Source: a virus (taxonomy: Duplodnaviria > Heunggongvirae > Uroviricota > Caudoviricetes). Taken from it: 64,000 nucleotides of DNA. Under the pieces are notes generated by a model. It ran no database searches. It worked only from the letters and a program-made list of their open reading frames with translations, and was not told the origin of the DNA. The position numbers were made by a program, and so were the translations under genes. The stretch is from positions 51,637-115,636 of IMG/VR virus record IMGVR_UViG_3300014204_000115; one strand, given 5' to 3'. Shown piece after piece: positions 18,311-26,292 of the stretch (its first letter is position 1; each line of letters begins with the position of its first letter).

Positions 18311-19645
18311 TTACTTGAAAACACTATTATATACTTCTTCAAATTTATCTTTTCCACAAGCTAAAATCATACCAATAGGACAAACTTCAGATGCTTGTCT
18401 ATGCATCTCATTAGCTATTCCTCTAATCTCCCATTGAGCATGACCATCCATTCTCATTCTACAAAAATGATACATTTCTCGTAAATTAATTTTAACATAT
18501 ACAATTCTTCTATGAGCATTTGTAGCTATATATGGAAAAATCTTTTCATTTCTATAAGAAAATTTAGTTGCTTTATTAATAATCATAGTAAACTCTTCTT
18601 TTAATCCAGTTTTTATAAATGATTCAGGAATAACACCACCTTCATAAATTGAATATGGTTTTGGAAGAATAGTCATCATTCTATGTCTTTTTAATTGAGC
18701 AAAACAAGAAGAACTCATTCTCAGCAAAAATTCAAAATCAACTACTTCAAATTCTCTTGGTGCAGAATCATAAACTTTCATATTTTTTAATGAATTTAAA
18801 ATTATTTCTTTTTCGGTATTTCCACCTTCAAGAAATTCATGTAATCTATTATATTTTAGTTCTTCATTATTTATTAAGTTTACATCTTTAGTCATAATAT
18901 TCATAGTAAAATATCTAAATTTTGAATTAAATAATCTTTCCTTATTTTTATATTCAATTTCGGTTGGTGTTATATATGGAAACAATGATGGAGTTATTGC
19001 TGAAACTTTATCATATAATTTATATGCTAATTCAATATGTTCCCAATAAGGACAAGCTCTTAATCTCCTAATCATTAATTCTAAATTTCTAGCACTAATA
19101 GTCATTCCTAATTGAGTTTGAGTAGCCATTGGAATAATATATCTAGCATCTTCTTTTGCCCAGCCCTCAACTGTTTTTGGATCTTTTTCATATTTTTCTG
19201 GATTTTCTTTTTTAAAATATTCTAATAGAATTGGATATGAGTATTTATAAAATTCATTTTGTTGTTCTACTAAACTTATAAAAATTGGTTTATCTCTAAC
19301 ATTTAATTCATCTGGAATTGTATAATCTCCGTCAAATAAAACATATCTCTGAGATTTTTCTGTATATGATGCTAATCTATGACTTTCAATCTCTTCAACT
19401 AAAAATCTTGAAACACCAATAATATCAATATTAAATACTACATGTTCAGCTATAGAAGCATGGCCCATTTCAAAAACAATACTTTTATTTGATTTTCTAG
19501 CTTTTTCTATATCTAATTTTGCATCTTCTCTAATTTCTGGAATTGGTCTTGGGTCTCTACTTGTTCTTGCATATGAAGCTGAGATAATTTCTGGATTTAA
19601 ATTATCCAATGCTGTTTTATTATAACCCGCAATTATTACTTCCAT
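18311..19645 (-). CDS. thyX: flavin-dependent thymidylate synthase, two-domain form
   Basis: MGHASIAEH, SHRLASYTEKSQRY; second repeat FAQLKRHR..NLREMYHFCRMR..HAQWEIR. Confidence 0.9.
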   Translation of the reverse strand: MEVIIAGYNKTALDNLNPEIISASYARTSRDPRPIPEIREDAKLDIEKARKSNKSIVFEMGHASIAEHVVFNIDIIGVSRFLVEEIESHRLASYTEKSQRYVLFDGDYTIPDELNVRDKPIFISLVEQQNEFYKYSYPILLEYFKKENPEKYEKDPKTVEGWAKEDARYIIPMATQTQLGMTISARNLELMIRRLRACPYWEHIELAYKLYDKVSAITPSLFPYITPTEIEYKNKERLFNSKFRYFTMNIMTKDVNLINNEELKYNRLHEFLEGGNTEKEIILNSLKNMKVYDSAPREFEVVDFEFLLRMSSSCFAQLKRHRMMTILPKPYSIYEGGVIPESFIKTGLKEEFTMIINKATKFSYRNEKIFPYIATNAHRRIVYVKINLREMYHFCRMRMDGHAQWEIRGIANEMHRQASEVCPIGMILACGKDKFEEVYNSVFK

Positions 19646-19663
19646 TACAATAATATTCCTTTC

Positions 19664-20236
19664 TTAACAATTTAAACCTGAATTATAATCTAATTTTATA
19701 ATATGAAAAGGTGGTCTTACTAATGAGAAATTTGATGAACATTCTAAAGCTTTAACTACTCTATTTTCAGGTTTTATTTTTTTATTATTTTCCATCATCC
19801 AAAAAGCAGCATTTGCATATTCTGCTCCACAACCTATAGCATCATAATTGCTACTAAATTCTGTAAGTTGAAAATTTTGTTCAATATTAAAAATTTTTTT
19901 ATTATAACCAACCAAGAAGTCTGTTTCATTTAATAACGCTACATTACTTTCAATTATTATTGAGTTTGTTTCTTCTAATTTTTTAATAAATTCATCTAAA
20001 AAAACAGAGATTAAATACTCATAATCACTAATTCTTGGATCATGTTGTGGAATCTCAAATTGATATTGTAGAACTTGAGTTGCTCTTAAATATCCAGAAA
20101 AACCAAAAATCATGTTATCTCTTCTAAAAATTTTAGGGTTTAAATTTTTATATTGATTTGTGCCACTTAAACAAAGTGAGTCACCGCCCATCCAAATATT
20201 TCCAAGTAAATCCTTATAAGCAGCAATACAAGTCAT
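19664..20236 (-). CDS. Ntn-hydrolase, HslV/proteasome-beta-like peptidase
   Basis: N-terminal M-T-C, GGDS, KIF, GFSG, AIGCGAEYA. Confidence 0.75.
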   Translation of the reverse strand: MTCIAAYKDLLGNIWMGGDSLCLSGTNQYKNLNPKIFRRDNMIFGFSGYLRATQVLQYQFEIPQHDPRISDYEYLISVFLDEFIKKLEETNSIIIESNVALLNETDFLVGYNKKIFNIEQNFQLTEFSSNYDAIGCGAEYANAAFWMMENNKKIKPENRVVKALECSSNFSLVRPPFHIIKLDYNSGLNC

Positions 20237-20251
20237 TAATATTCTCCAAGT

Positions 20252-20530
20252 TTAATTTTTATATTTCCTTTTTTTCATTTCTGCAGATATTTCTCCTCTT
20301 AATTTAATTACACAATCTGGTTTAATTCTACCACTTCTAAATCCTGTTCCGGTTAAGTAATTCATAAGTATTCTTAATTTATCATCACTTGTTGAATTTA
20401 TAGATCCCATATAATGTCTTAATTGTTGACAACACCATTCTGGTTCTCCATTCCATTTTCCTAATAATGATTTTCTTACATTCTGCCACTCTGAATTATT
20501 TACTAATTCCATCATTGATTTTTTATTCAT
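20252..20530 (-). CDS. hypothetical protein
   Basis: 92 aa ORF in operon. Confidence 0.6.
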   Translation of the reverse strand: MNKKSMMELVNNSEWQNVRKSLLGKWNGEPEWCCQQLRHYMGSINSTSDDKLRILMNYLTGTGFRSGRIKPDCVIKLRGEISAEMKKRKYKN

Positions 20531-20877
20531 TTTAATTCCTTAATAATTGCTCCAGTAGAATATGATACCCAATCTGCCACTAAACGTCTATGACAAAAAC
20601 TACCTGGTTTTTCCCAACATAAAATAATTGAACCTTTTAAATCTTCATAAACTTTAAACGGATCCAATTTATTTAATTGTTCTTTATATATTCTTGTATA
20701 TTCTTGTATTGATATTTTTTTTGATTTATAATCTAGAACTAATTGTTTTGGTGGGATTAAATCTTTATATACTCTATATGAAAATTTTTTTCTAAATTCT
20801 TCAGGGGTTTGTCCAGCTATAGATACTAAATCTTCATAAATATTTAGTTTATCTGAAAAGAAATATGATGTTTTCAT
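20527..20877 (-). CDS. DUF488-like protein
   Basis: QEYTRIYKEQL..ILCWEKPGSFCHRRLVADW. Confidence 0.7.
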   Translation of the reverse strand: MKTSYFFSDKLNIYEDLVSIAGQTPEEFRKKFSYRVYKDLIPPKQLVLDYKSKKISIQEYTRIYKEQLNKLDPFKVYEDLKGSIILCWEKPGSFCHRRLVADWVSYSTGAIIKELK

Positions 20878-20892
20878 AATAACTCCTATGTG

Positions 20893-20965
20893 AGGTCCAG
20901 AAGAGAATTGAACTCTTAACGTCGATTTTTTAGAGAAATCCGTTCTACCATTGGACTACTGGACC
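20893..20965 (-). tRNA. tRNA with CUA anticodon (amber suppressor)
   Basis: acceptor GGTCCAG/CTGGACC; D arm GTCC-AATGGTA-GAAC (one mismatch); anticodon stem GATTT/AAATC with loop CT-CTA-AA; T arm AAGAG-TTCAATT-CTCTT; CCA not encoded. Confidence 0.85.
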
Positions 20966-20972
20966 TATTTTA

Positions 20973-21287
20973 TTACACTAATAATTTTAAATCACTTAAA
21001 AATCCTGCTTCATCTTCATCTAATAAACAACAAATTGCAGTTATTTCATTATCTAAATCTGGCTCCTTAAAAAGAAAAAATTCAATATTTCTTTTCTTAA
21101 ATTTAAATAACCAATTATTTAACCTATCTAAATTTTCAACTTCTAAATAGATTAAATATTGATTATTCCAGATTTTAGAATTCCTGGAGCTCAAACAAAA
21201 CTCTGCAACGCAATGTCCAGCCTGAACCCCAGGTGAAGAACATTTTAAATCTTTACGCACAATTACATATAACCTGTTGTTCTTCAT
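20973..21287 (-). CDS. peptidyl-tRNA hydrolase type 2 (Pth2)-like protein
   Basis: LYVIVRKDL..GVQAGHCVAE..FKEPDLDNEITAIC. Confidence 0.75.
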   Translation of the reverse strand: MKNNRLYVIVRKDLKCSSPGVQAGHCVAEFCLSSRNSKIWNNQYLIYLEVENLDRLNNWLFKFKKRNIEFFLFKEPDLDNEITAICCLLDEDEAGFLSDLKLLV

Positions 21288-21567
21288 ACTTCTTTAAAAT
21301 TTCCTTCTTGATTTTATCAATATAAAAATTATTAGCTGGATTTGAATCTGCAGGTTTTTCAATCTCTTCTCTTGTTCTTCCTCTTAATTCACAATAAGCT
21401 ATATGAGTGTGACGAAATTCATATTTCATTTGATTTATTACAGATTCAATAGTCCATAATTCTTTACCATTACGATTCTCAAAGGGTCTCTGATTTTTAA
21501 ATTCTCTAATTTCCTTGCCTAATTTTTTTAACTCTATTTTGGTATCTTTTAACATTTTTCTTGACAT
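21253..21567 (-). CDS. hypothetical phage protein
   Basis: 104 aa, FRHTHIAYCELRGRTREEIE; its SD lies in a hairpin. Confidence 0.7.
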   Translation of the reverse strand: MSRKMLKDTKIELKKLGKEIREFKNQRPFENRNGKELWTIESVINQMKYEFRHTHIAYCELRGRTREEIEKPADSNPANNFYIDKIKKEILKKYEEQQVICNCA

Positions 21568-21576
21568 TGTTTTAAT

Positions 21577-21630
21577 CCTCCTAAGATTGTTATTAAAATA
21601 TTATTTTTTATTTTAATAATTCTTAGGAGG
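21577..21630 (-). promoter_or_regulatory. SD-sequestering hairpin upstream of 21253..21567
   Basis: on - strand CCTCCTAAGA..TATTAAAATA / TATTTTAATA..TCTTAGGAGG; the 3' arm holds the AGGAGG 9 nt before the ATG at 21567. Confidence 0.75.
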
Positions 21631-21666
21631 GCCTCTAAATTGAACTTTATACTTAATCTACTTCAA
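21613..21666 (-). CDS. candidate 17-codon leader peptide with in-frame amber: M-K-(TAG)-IKYKVQFRGPPKNY
   Basis: SD-like GGGGGTGA (21672-21679), TTG start, TAG at codon 3, runs over the anti-SD arm. Confidence 0.4.
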
Positions 21667-21687
21667 TTTATTCACCCCCTTTTTTTA

Positions 21688-21897
21688 TTACTTTGTCCTC
21701 TTCTTTGTGGGCATCGACTTTAGTTCATCCATAACCTGAATTCTAAAATCCTGCCAGAGTGACTTGCTTACCTGAGCAAGTTTTCGAAGTTCTGGAGCTG
21801 AAACCTTTCTACCCTTTTCAAATTCTGCAAGCTCGGTTTTTGTATTATTTAATACCTGTTCCAATTCTCCAATTACACCTCTTAGTTTTTCTGACAT
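21688..21897 (-). CDS. histone H1-like (Hc1-type) nucleoid protein
   Basis: AEFEKGRKVSAPELRKLAQ..FR resembles the Hc1 ENGNKAAGTRARK pattern. Confidence 0.6.
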   Translation of the reverse strand: MSEKLRGVIGELEQVLNNTKTELAEFEKGRKVSAPELRKLAQVSKSLWQDFRIQVMDELKSMPTKKRTK

Positions 21898-21936
21898 TTT
21901 TATTACTCCTTTTCTTTTTTATTATTTTACTACAAA

Positions 21937-22398
21937 TTAAATATGAGGCATCATATTTAAAATACTATAAAACTCAGCTGCACATTTTTCATGGGTCATT
22001 AGATCACCAAATGCTGATGAACAAAACATCTTATCAACATACCAACAAACAATAACTCCTTCTGCACAACCTCGTTTAATTTTATTATAATGATTTACAA
22101 TTTCATCATTTAAAAAACCACAATAATTTCTTACACCCTGAATACTTCCATCCATGAAACCATTTTCTTCCGCTTTATCTGTTATTTCATAAACTAACTT
22201 ATCTAAATCATTTAAATTTGCATCACAAATAATTCCAATAAATAATGGCCAGCCATTCATCTGATATTTACGAACAATTAAAGGACTCCAATTTTTATCA
22301 AATAATCTAGTTGCAGTTTTACTATCATCTCTTTTTACAAATCCTGCATTTGCTTCTTTACCCATATCTTTTTTGTTTTCATCCATTCTTACTAACAC
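21937..22398 (-). CDS. hypothetical protein
   Basis: 153 aa ORF. Confidence 0.6.
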   Translation of the reverse strand: MLVRMDENKKDMGKEANAGFVKRDDSKTATRLFDKNWSPLIVRKYQMNGWPLFIGIICDANLNDLDKLVYEITDKAEENGFMDGSIQGVRNYCGFLNDEIVNHYNKIKRGCAEGVIVCWYVDKMFCSSAFGDLMTHEKCAAEFYSILNMMPHI

Positions 22399-22455
22399 AC
22401 CTTTCCTTTCTATAACCTAAATTTTATATATGTTCATGGTTTAAAGAATAGTTTC

Positions 22456-22890
22456 CTAATTTTTATTTAAAATAAATTCAAAACAATCTTCAATTGTTTT
22501 AAACCCTTTTCTATAATGAAATTTAAACCAAGCGTTATTTAAAATATTATCATTTGAACTTATTAAATAAACAGGAATTCCTTTATCATAAGCATACATA
22601 ATTTCCATAGGAGTTCCAATCATCATTTCCCCATAAGGAAGATATTCAACATTTGCTACTAAAATATCACATTGATCAATAAGTTTTTTATCTCTTCTTA
22701 CTAACCAAAGTTCTGATACATTTTTACAAATGTTAGTATTAACATCATCCCATGTTATACACATTGGATCGATAAAATCAATTTTATTTCCATATTTTTC
22801 AATTGATTCTTTTCTATATTTTAAATCTTTACTATAACCAGCTAAATAAATTTTAAATTTCCAGTTTTCTTTAGTATTCATTCTATTCAT
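22456..22890 (-). CDS. nucleoside 2-deoxyribosyltransferase-like protein
   Basis: KIYLAG..FIDP..RDKKLIDQCDILVA..GTPMEIMYAYDKGIPV. Confidence 0.8.
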   Translation of the reverse strand: MNRMNTKENWKFKIYLAGYSKDLKYRKESIEKYGNKIDFIDPMCITWDDVNTNICKNVSELWLVRRDKKLIDQCDILVANVEYLPYGEMMIGTPMEIMYAYDKGIPVYLISSNDNILNNAWFKFHYRKGFKTIEDCFEFILNKN

Positions 22891-23383
22891 TTATAAAAAA
22901 CTCCTCTTTATTCTTTCTTGATTTAATAACACTAATAATTTTATCATTATAAATTCTAAATTTTATATTTGCTTCTTTAAATAATGTTAAACTTTTTTTA
23001 GCGTGCTCATTCCAAATTTCTATATTTGAGTCATCCCATTTTTTATGAGTAATAACTTCACTTATTCCTGATTGTACTATACCTCTTGCACAATCCATAC
23101 AAGGAGTTCCTAATGTATACATTCTACAATCTTTTAATGATACACCAATTCTAGCTGCATTATATATAGAATTTCTCTCCCCGTGTTCCAGCCAATAATA
23201 TTTCTCAGGTCTTTCCTGTCTTTCTTGTAAATTATCATTGATTCCTCTTGGAAAAGAATTATATCCAGTAGACCTTATTTCATTATCTGGTCCAACAATA
23301 ACAGATCCATTTTTTGTATTTTGGTCTTTACTTTTCATAGCTATAAAATAACACATTGACATAAAATATTCATCCCAATTCAT
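22883..23383 (-). CDS. dCMP deaminase
   Basis: WDEYFM..KSKD..GYNSFPRG..HGERNSI..TPCMDCARGI. Confidence 0.9.
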   Translation of the reverse strand: MNWDEYFMSMCYFIAMKSKDQNTKNGSVIVGPDNEIRSTGYNSFPRGINDNLQERQERPEKYYWLEHGERNSIYNAARIGVSLKDCRMYTLGTPCMDCARGIVQSGISEVITHKKWDDSNIEIWNEHAKKSLTLFKEANIKFRIYNDKIISVIKSRKNKEEFFINE

Positions 23384-23748
23384 ACTAATACAATCTCCCC
23401 ATTTGGTTTCATCTTTTTAAACTTCTTTATTGTATCTTCTGTTCCACCTTTTCTATCAGATGCAACACAAGCTATTAATATATCTGAAGTTTCTGCAATA
23501 TAAGTATTTCTAATAAATCCAGCTATTCTTCCATTTTTATTCCAATCAGCTTTATAAATTATTTTTGGAATTCTATATTTTAAAGCTAATTCCTCTGCAA
23601 ATTTATCTCCACCTTTTGGACATCCTCCGCTACAAATTTTTAAATTTTCTACTCCATAATCATTAATTAAATTAATCAGTTTAGTTTCAATTAATTGTTT
23701 ATCTGATGTTTCATTTCTTCTTCTTGATCCAATTATTCCTATTATCAT
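23380..23748 (-). CDS. SLOG-family (DUF2493/YspA-like) protein
   Basis: IIGSRR..SGGCPKGGDKFAE..ADWNKNGRIAGFIRN..GGTEDTI. Confidence 0.75.
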   Translation of the reverse strand: MIIGIIGSRRRNETSDKQLIETKLINLINDYGVENLKICSGGCPKGGDKFAEELALKYRIPKIIYKADWNKNGRIAGFIRNTYIAETSDILIACVASDRKGGTEDTIKKFKKMKPNGEIVLV

Positions 23749-23762
23749 TATTTTTCCTATTC

Positions 23763-24320
23763 TTATAACTTTCCATAACCACTAAAAACTTCACTGTTTT
23801 TAATGTCAAATTGTTTTAAAAAATGTTTAATCATTTCTTTACTCATTCCCAATAAAGGAGCATAAACTTTAATTGGTTTAACTGCTGCAACTTCTAACAT
23901 TTTATTAAATCTTCCAATATATTCTTGTGTACAATCTGGGAACAAATGTTCATAATCTTCAAAATTAGCACCAAACCAAATTTCATTAATATTTCTTGAT
24001 TCAGCTATTCCATAAGCAATTGTAAGAAAAATACTATTTCTTGCAGGAACATTAAATTCTGAAACTCCTTCATATAGTCCCTTTTTTCCGCTTCCTGTTA
24101 ATCCTGAATTTACATTATATCCATTAATTTCAACAGTCATATTTTTAATATTATAATTATCTAAAAAATCTTTTGCATAAACTAGTTCTTCAATATGAAG
24201 TTGTTTATAATCTATCATTAAAGCTAAAGGTTCTCTTTTCATCTCTATAGCCATACTTAACAAAAGAGTTGAATCAGCTCCACCTGAATATAAAACTACT
24301 AAATCTTCCATAAGTTGCAT
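23763..24320 (-). CDS. queC: QueC-family ATP pyrophosphatase lacking the C-terminal Zn-binding Cys cluster
   Basis: LYSGGADS, DYKQLH..E, VPARN, FPDC, APLL..SK; ends at FSGYGKL. Confidence 0.85.
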   Translation of the reverse strand: MQLMEDLVVLYSGGADSTLLLSMAIEMKREPLALMIDYKQLHIEELVYAKDFLDNYNIKNMTVEINGYNVNSGLTGSGKKGLYEGVSEFNVPARNSIFLTIAYGIAESRNINEIWFGANFEDYEHLFPDCTQEYIGRFNKMLEVAAVKPIKVYAPLLGMSKEMIKHFLKQFDIKNSEVFSGYGKL

Positions 24321-24397
24321 TATCCTTCCTTTTTGTTTATTTGTTCTAATAAAAAAAATAAAAATCCTGTTTAAAAAATTCAGTTTAAAAATTACTA

Positions 24398-24411
24398 CTA
24401 AATATATTAAT
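24398..24411 (+). promoter_or_regulatory. class I upstream motif (variant CTAAATATATTAAT)
   Basis: precedes 24440. Confidence 0.7.
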
Positions 24412-24439
24412 TATTGAAATAAATGAAAGGGGATTGGAT

Positions 24440-24562
24440 ATGTTTAAAAAAATCAGAAATGATTTAAGAATGTGTTGGAGAGAAAATTCAGGAAAATGTA
24501 TTTCAACCTTAATTTCTTTTGGAGTAACAGTCACATTTATAATGTGGCTTTTATTAAAATAA
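24440..24562 (+). CDS. 40 aa membrane peptide
   Basis: manual translation MFKKIRNDLRMCW...FGVTVTFIMWLLLK*; SD AAAGGGG, class I motif upstream. Confidence 0.5.
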   Translation: MFKKIRNDLRMCWRENSGKCISTLISFGVTVTFIMWLLLK

Positions 24563-24585
24563 CAAATTTCGAAAGGAGAAAAGAG

Positions 24586-24798
24586 ATGGAAAAGGAAGAA
24601 GCAAGGGGCGGAAAAAAAGAGGAAAAGATCGAAGAGGAATGCTGCAGGATTCCATTTTACAAATGGAAGTGTTTCAAGATCGGTGGCTATCTTTTCGGAC
24701 TGACCGCCATCTTCGGCGCCGGTTTCTTGGCTGGAAAGAAGTGGGGAAACTCAGAATACAACATGGATCACTCTGCAGCCGACACATTGGATCAGTAA
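24586..24798 (+). CDS. small single-pass membrane protein
   Basis: SD AAGGAG before ATG at 24586 (in frame with track ORF 24472); hydrophobic GGYLFGLTAIFGAGFLAG. Confidence 0.65.
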   Translation: MEKEEARGGKKEEKIEEECCRIPFYKWKCFKIGGYLFGLTAIFGAGFLAGKKWGNSEYNMDHSAADTLDQ

Positions 24799-24820
24799 TC
24801 GTCGGTCCTAAGAAGGGAAG

Positions 24821-24846
24821 AATGAGAGAGTTATCTCTCATTTTTT
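24821..24846 (+). terminator. intrinsic terminator
   Basis: AATGAGAGA-GTTA-TCTCTCATT followed by a T run. Confidence 0.75.
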
Positions 24847-24885
24847 GGTTATTTTTAAAAATTATTTTTTGTTTAGATTTATTTA

Positions 24886-24899
24886 CTACATATATTAAT
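24886..24899 (+). promoter_or_regulatory. class I upstream motif CTACATATATTAAT
   Basis: exact copy; precedes 24963. Confidence 0.75.
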
Positions 24900-24962
24900 T
24901 TCTAGAATAATAATAATAAAATAGAGGGAGTCTTTGTAAATAAATAAAAGGAGAGAAAAATC

Positions 24963-25157
24963 ATGAAAGAAAAAACTAAACGAAAGTATCAAATCATATG
25001 GGCGGATTCAAAGAGAGAACCAACAATAGTAGAGGAATACAATATCATTGATGTATTCCTAAATCATGTTCCTCAAACTGATGGCTCCACAAAAATAGTC
25101 GATGCAGTTAAAATGGTTCATCTAAAAATTCTACCAAAAGAGACCAGGGAGGATTAA
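24963..25157 (+). CDS. hypothetical protein
   Basis: 64 aa, SD AGGAG, class I motif upstream. Confidence 0.65.
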   Translation: MKEKTKRKYQIIWADSKREPTIVEEYNIIDVFLNHVPQTDGSTKIVDAVKMVHLKILPKETRED

Positions 25158-25159
25158 TC

Positions 25160-25588
25160 ATGTATAGTGATGCAATGAAACATCCTTTCGAAGTAGCAGT
25201 TGAGAATCTTCCAAAGGTTTTTATGAAGATGATGGAAATCGAAAGGATTGAAAGAAGGAAACGAAAAGAAGAAATCGAAGACAAAGCAAATGAAACTTTG
25301 GGAAAACCGAAGATTGAGAGGGAGTTTAGATCAGATGAAATCATAAAGGATCTATTAAGATCCTCTGGTGAGAATGGTTTTGTGGATTATGCTGCAACTG
25401 TTGCATTAAACTCAAGATTCGGAAAACCATTCTTTAAGATTGCATCTTCAATCAATGATTGGATTGATGATGCAAGGGAAGAGACTGAGAAAGAAATTAA
25501 CAGAACAATCAATAAGATGCAAGCGAGCGACCATGGGATATTTAAGAAGTTTGGGAAAGCTGCAGCATCTGGAAAATCATGGATGTAA
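25160..25588 (+). CDS. hypothetical protein
   Basis: 142 aa, SD GGAGG. Confidence 0.7.
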   Translation: MYSDAMKHPFEVAVENLPKVFMKMMEIERIERRKRKEEIEDKANETLGKPKIEREFRSDEIIKDLLRSSGENGFVDYAATVALNSRFGKPFFKIASSINDWIDDAREETEKEINRTINKMQASDHGIFKKFGKAAASGKSWM

Positions 25589-25595
25589 ATATGAA

Positions 25596-25639
25596 AGGAA
25601 ATATACTCTATATAATTCATTATATAGAGTATATTTCCT
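25596..25639. repeat. perfect 21-bp inverted repeat
   Basis: AGGAAATATACTCTATATAAT-TC-ATTATATAGAGTATATTTCCT. Confidence 0.85.
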
Positions 25640-25689
25640 AAAATAGTTTTATTAAACTTTATTCTTACTAAAATTTAAGGAGATGTAAT

Positions 25690-26247
25690 ATGAAGATTGA
25701 GATTTCATCAGTTATCAATAGCATAGCCGAAGATATTCTAAAACGAGGAACAGAAAAAAAGATCTTATTTATTAGCGTTAAATTGTCATATAATTATTAT
25801 GATACAATAAAAGGACGATTATTTCAAGTTGAATCTCCATTAACTAGTGTAAACTTTATTTTTTATCGTCCAAGTAATTATATGAAAGTATTATTTAATA
25901 ATCCAAATAAAGGATTTTTTGGTCCTATGGATTTTGAAGGTTCTTCAAATTGGGAATTAAAAGCTAATCATGATTCTTGCTGGAGAACAGATGGTGTAGA
26001 AAATACATTACGAGAATTTCATAATTTTCAATGCAAAGAATTAGAAAGATTAGCAAATAAAACTTATGGAAATAAAATCTCTGGTGTAGATATAAGGGAT
26101 AAGTTCTATAATCAACAACCAAGTTTTTCTAAAATTCAACGAATTGAGATACTAGATGGTGAAGTTTCATTATTAGGTAATGATGAAATACGTCATTTTA
26201 GTTGTAAACAAATTAATAGGTTTTTTTCATTTTATAGAATTTCATAA
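25690..26247 (+). CDS. hypothetical protein
   Basis: 185 aa, SD AAGGAG. Confidence 0.7.
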   Translation: MKIEISSVINSIAEDILKRGTEKKILFISVKLSYNYYDTIKGRLFQVESPLTSVNFIFYRPSNYMKVLFNNPNKGFFGPMDFEGSSNWELKANHDSCWRTDGVENTLREFHNFQCKELERLANKTYGNKISGVDIRDKFYNQQPSFSKIQRIEILDGEVSLLGNDEIRHFSCKQINRFFSFYRIS

Positions 26248-26292
26248 AATGAACGATAATTTTAAAAGAGAATGGGGAAATAGTATAATATA

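Noticed and set aside
20893-20965. tRNA-Pyl
   Set aside because: It has the standard 2-nt 8/9 linker, GG in the D loop, TTC in the T loop, a 5-bp anticodon stem and a 6-nt variable loop; no pyl genes are present.
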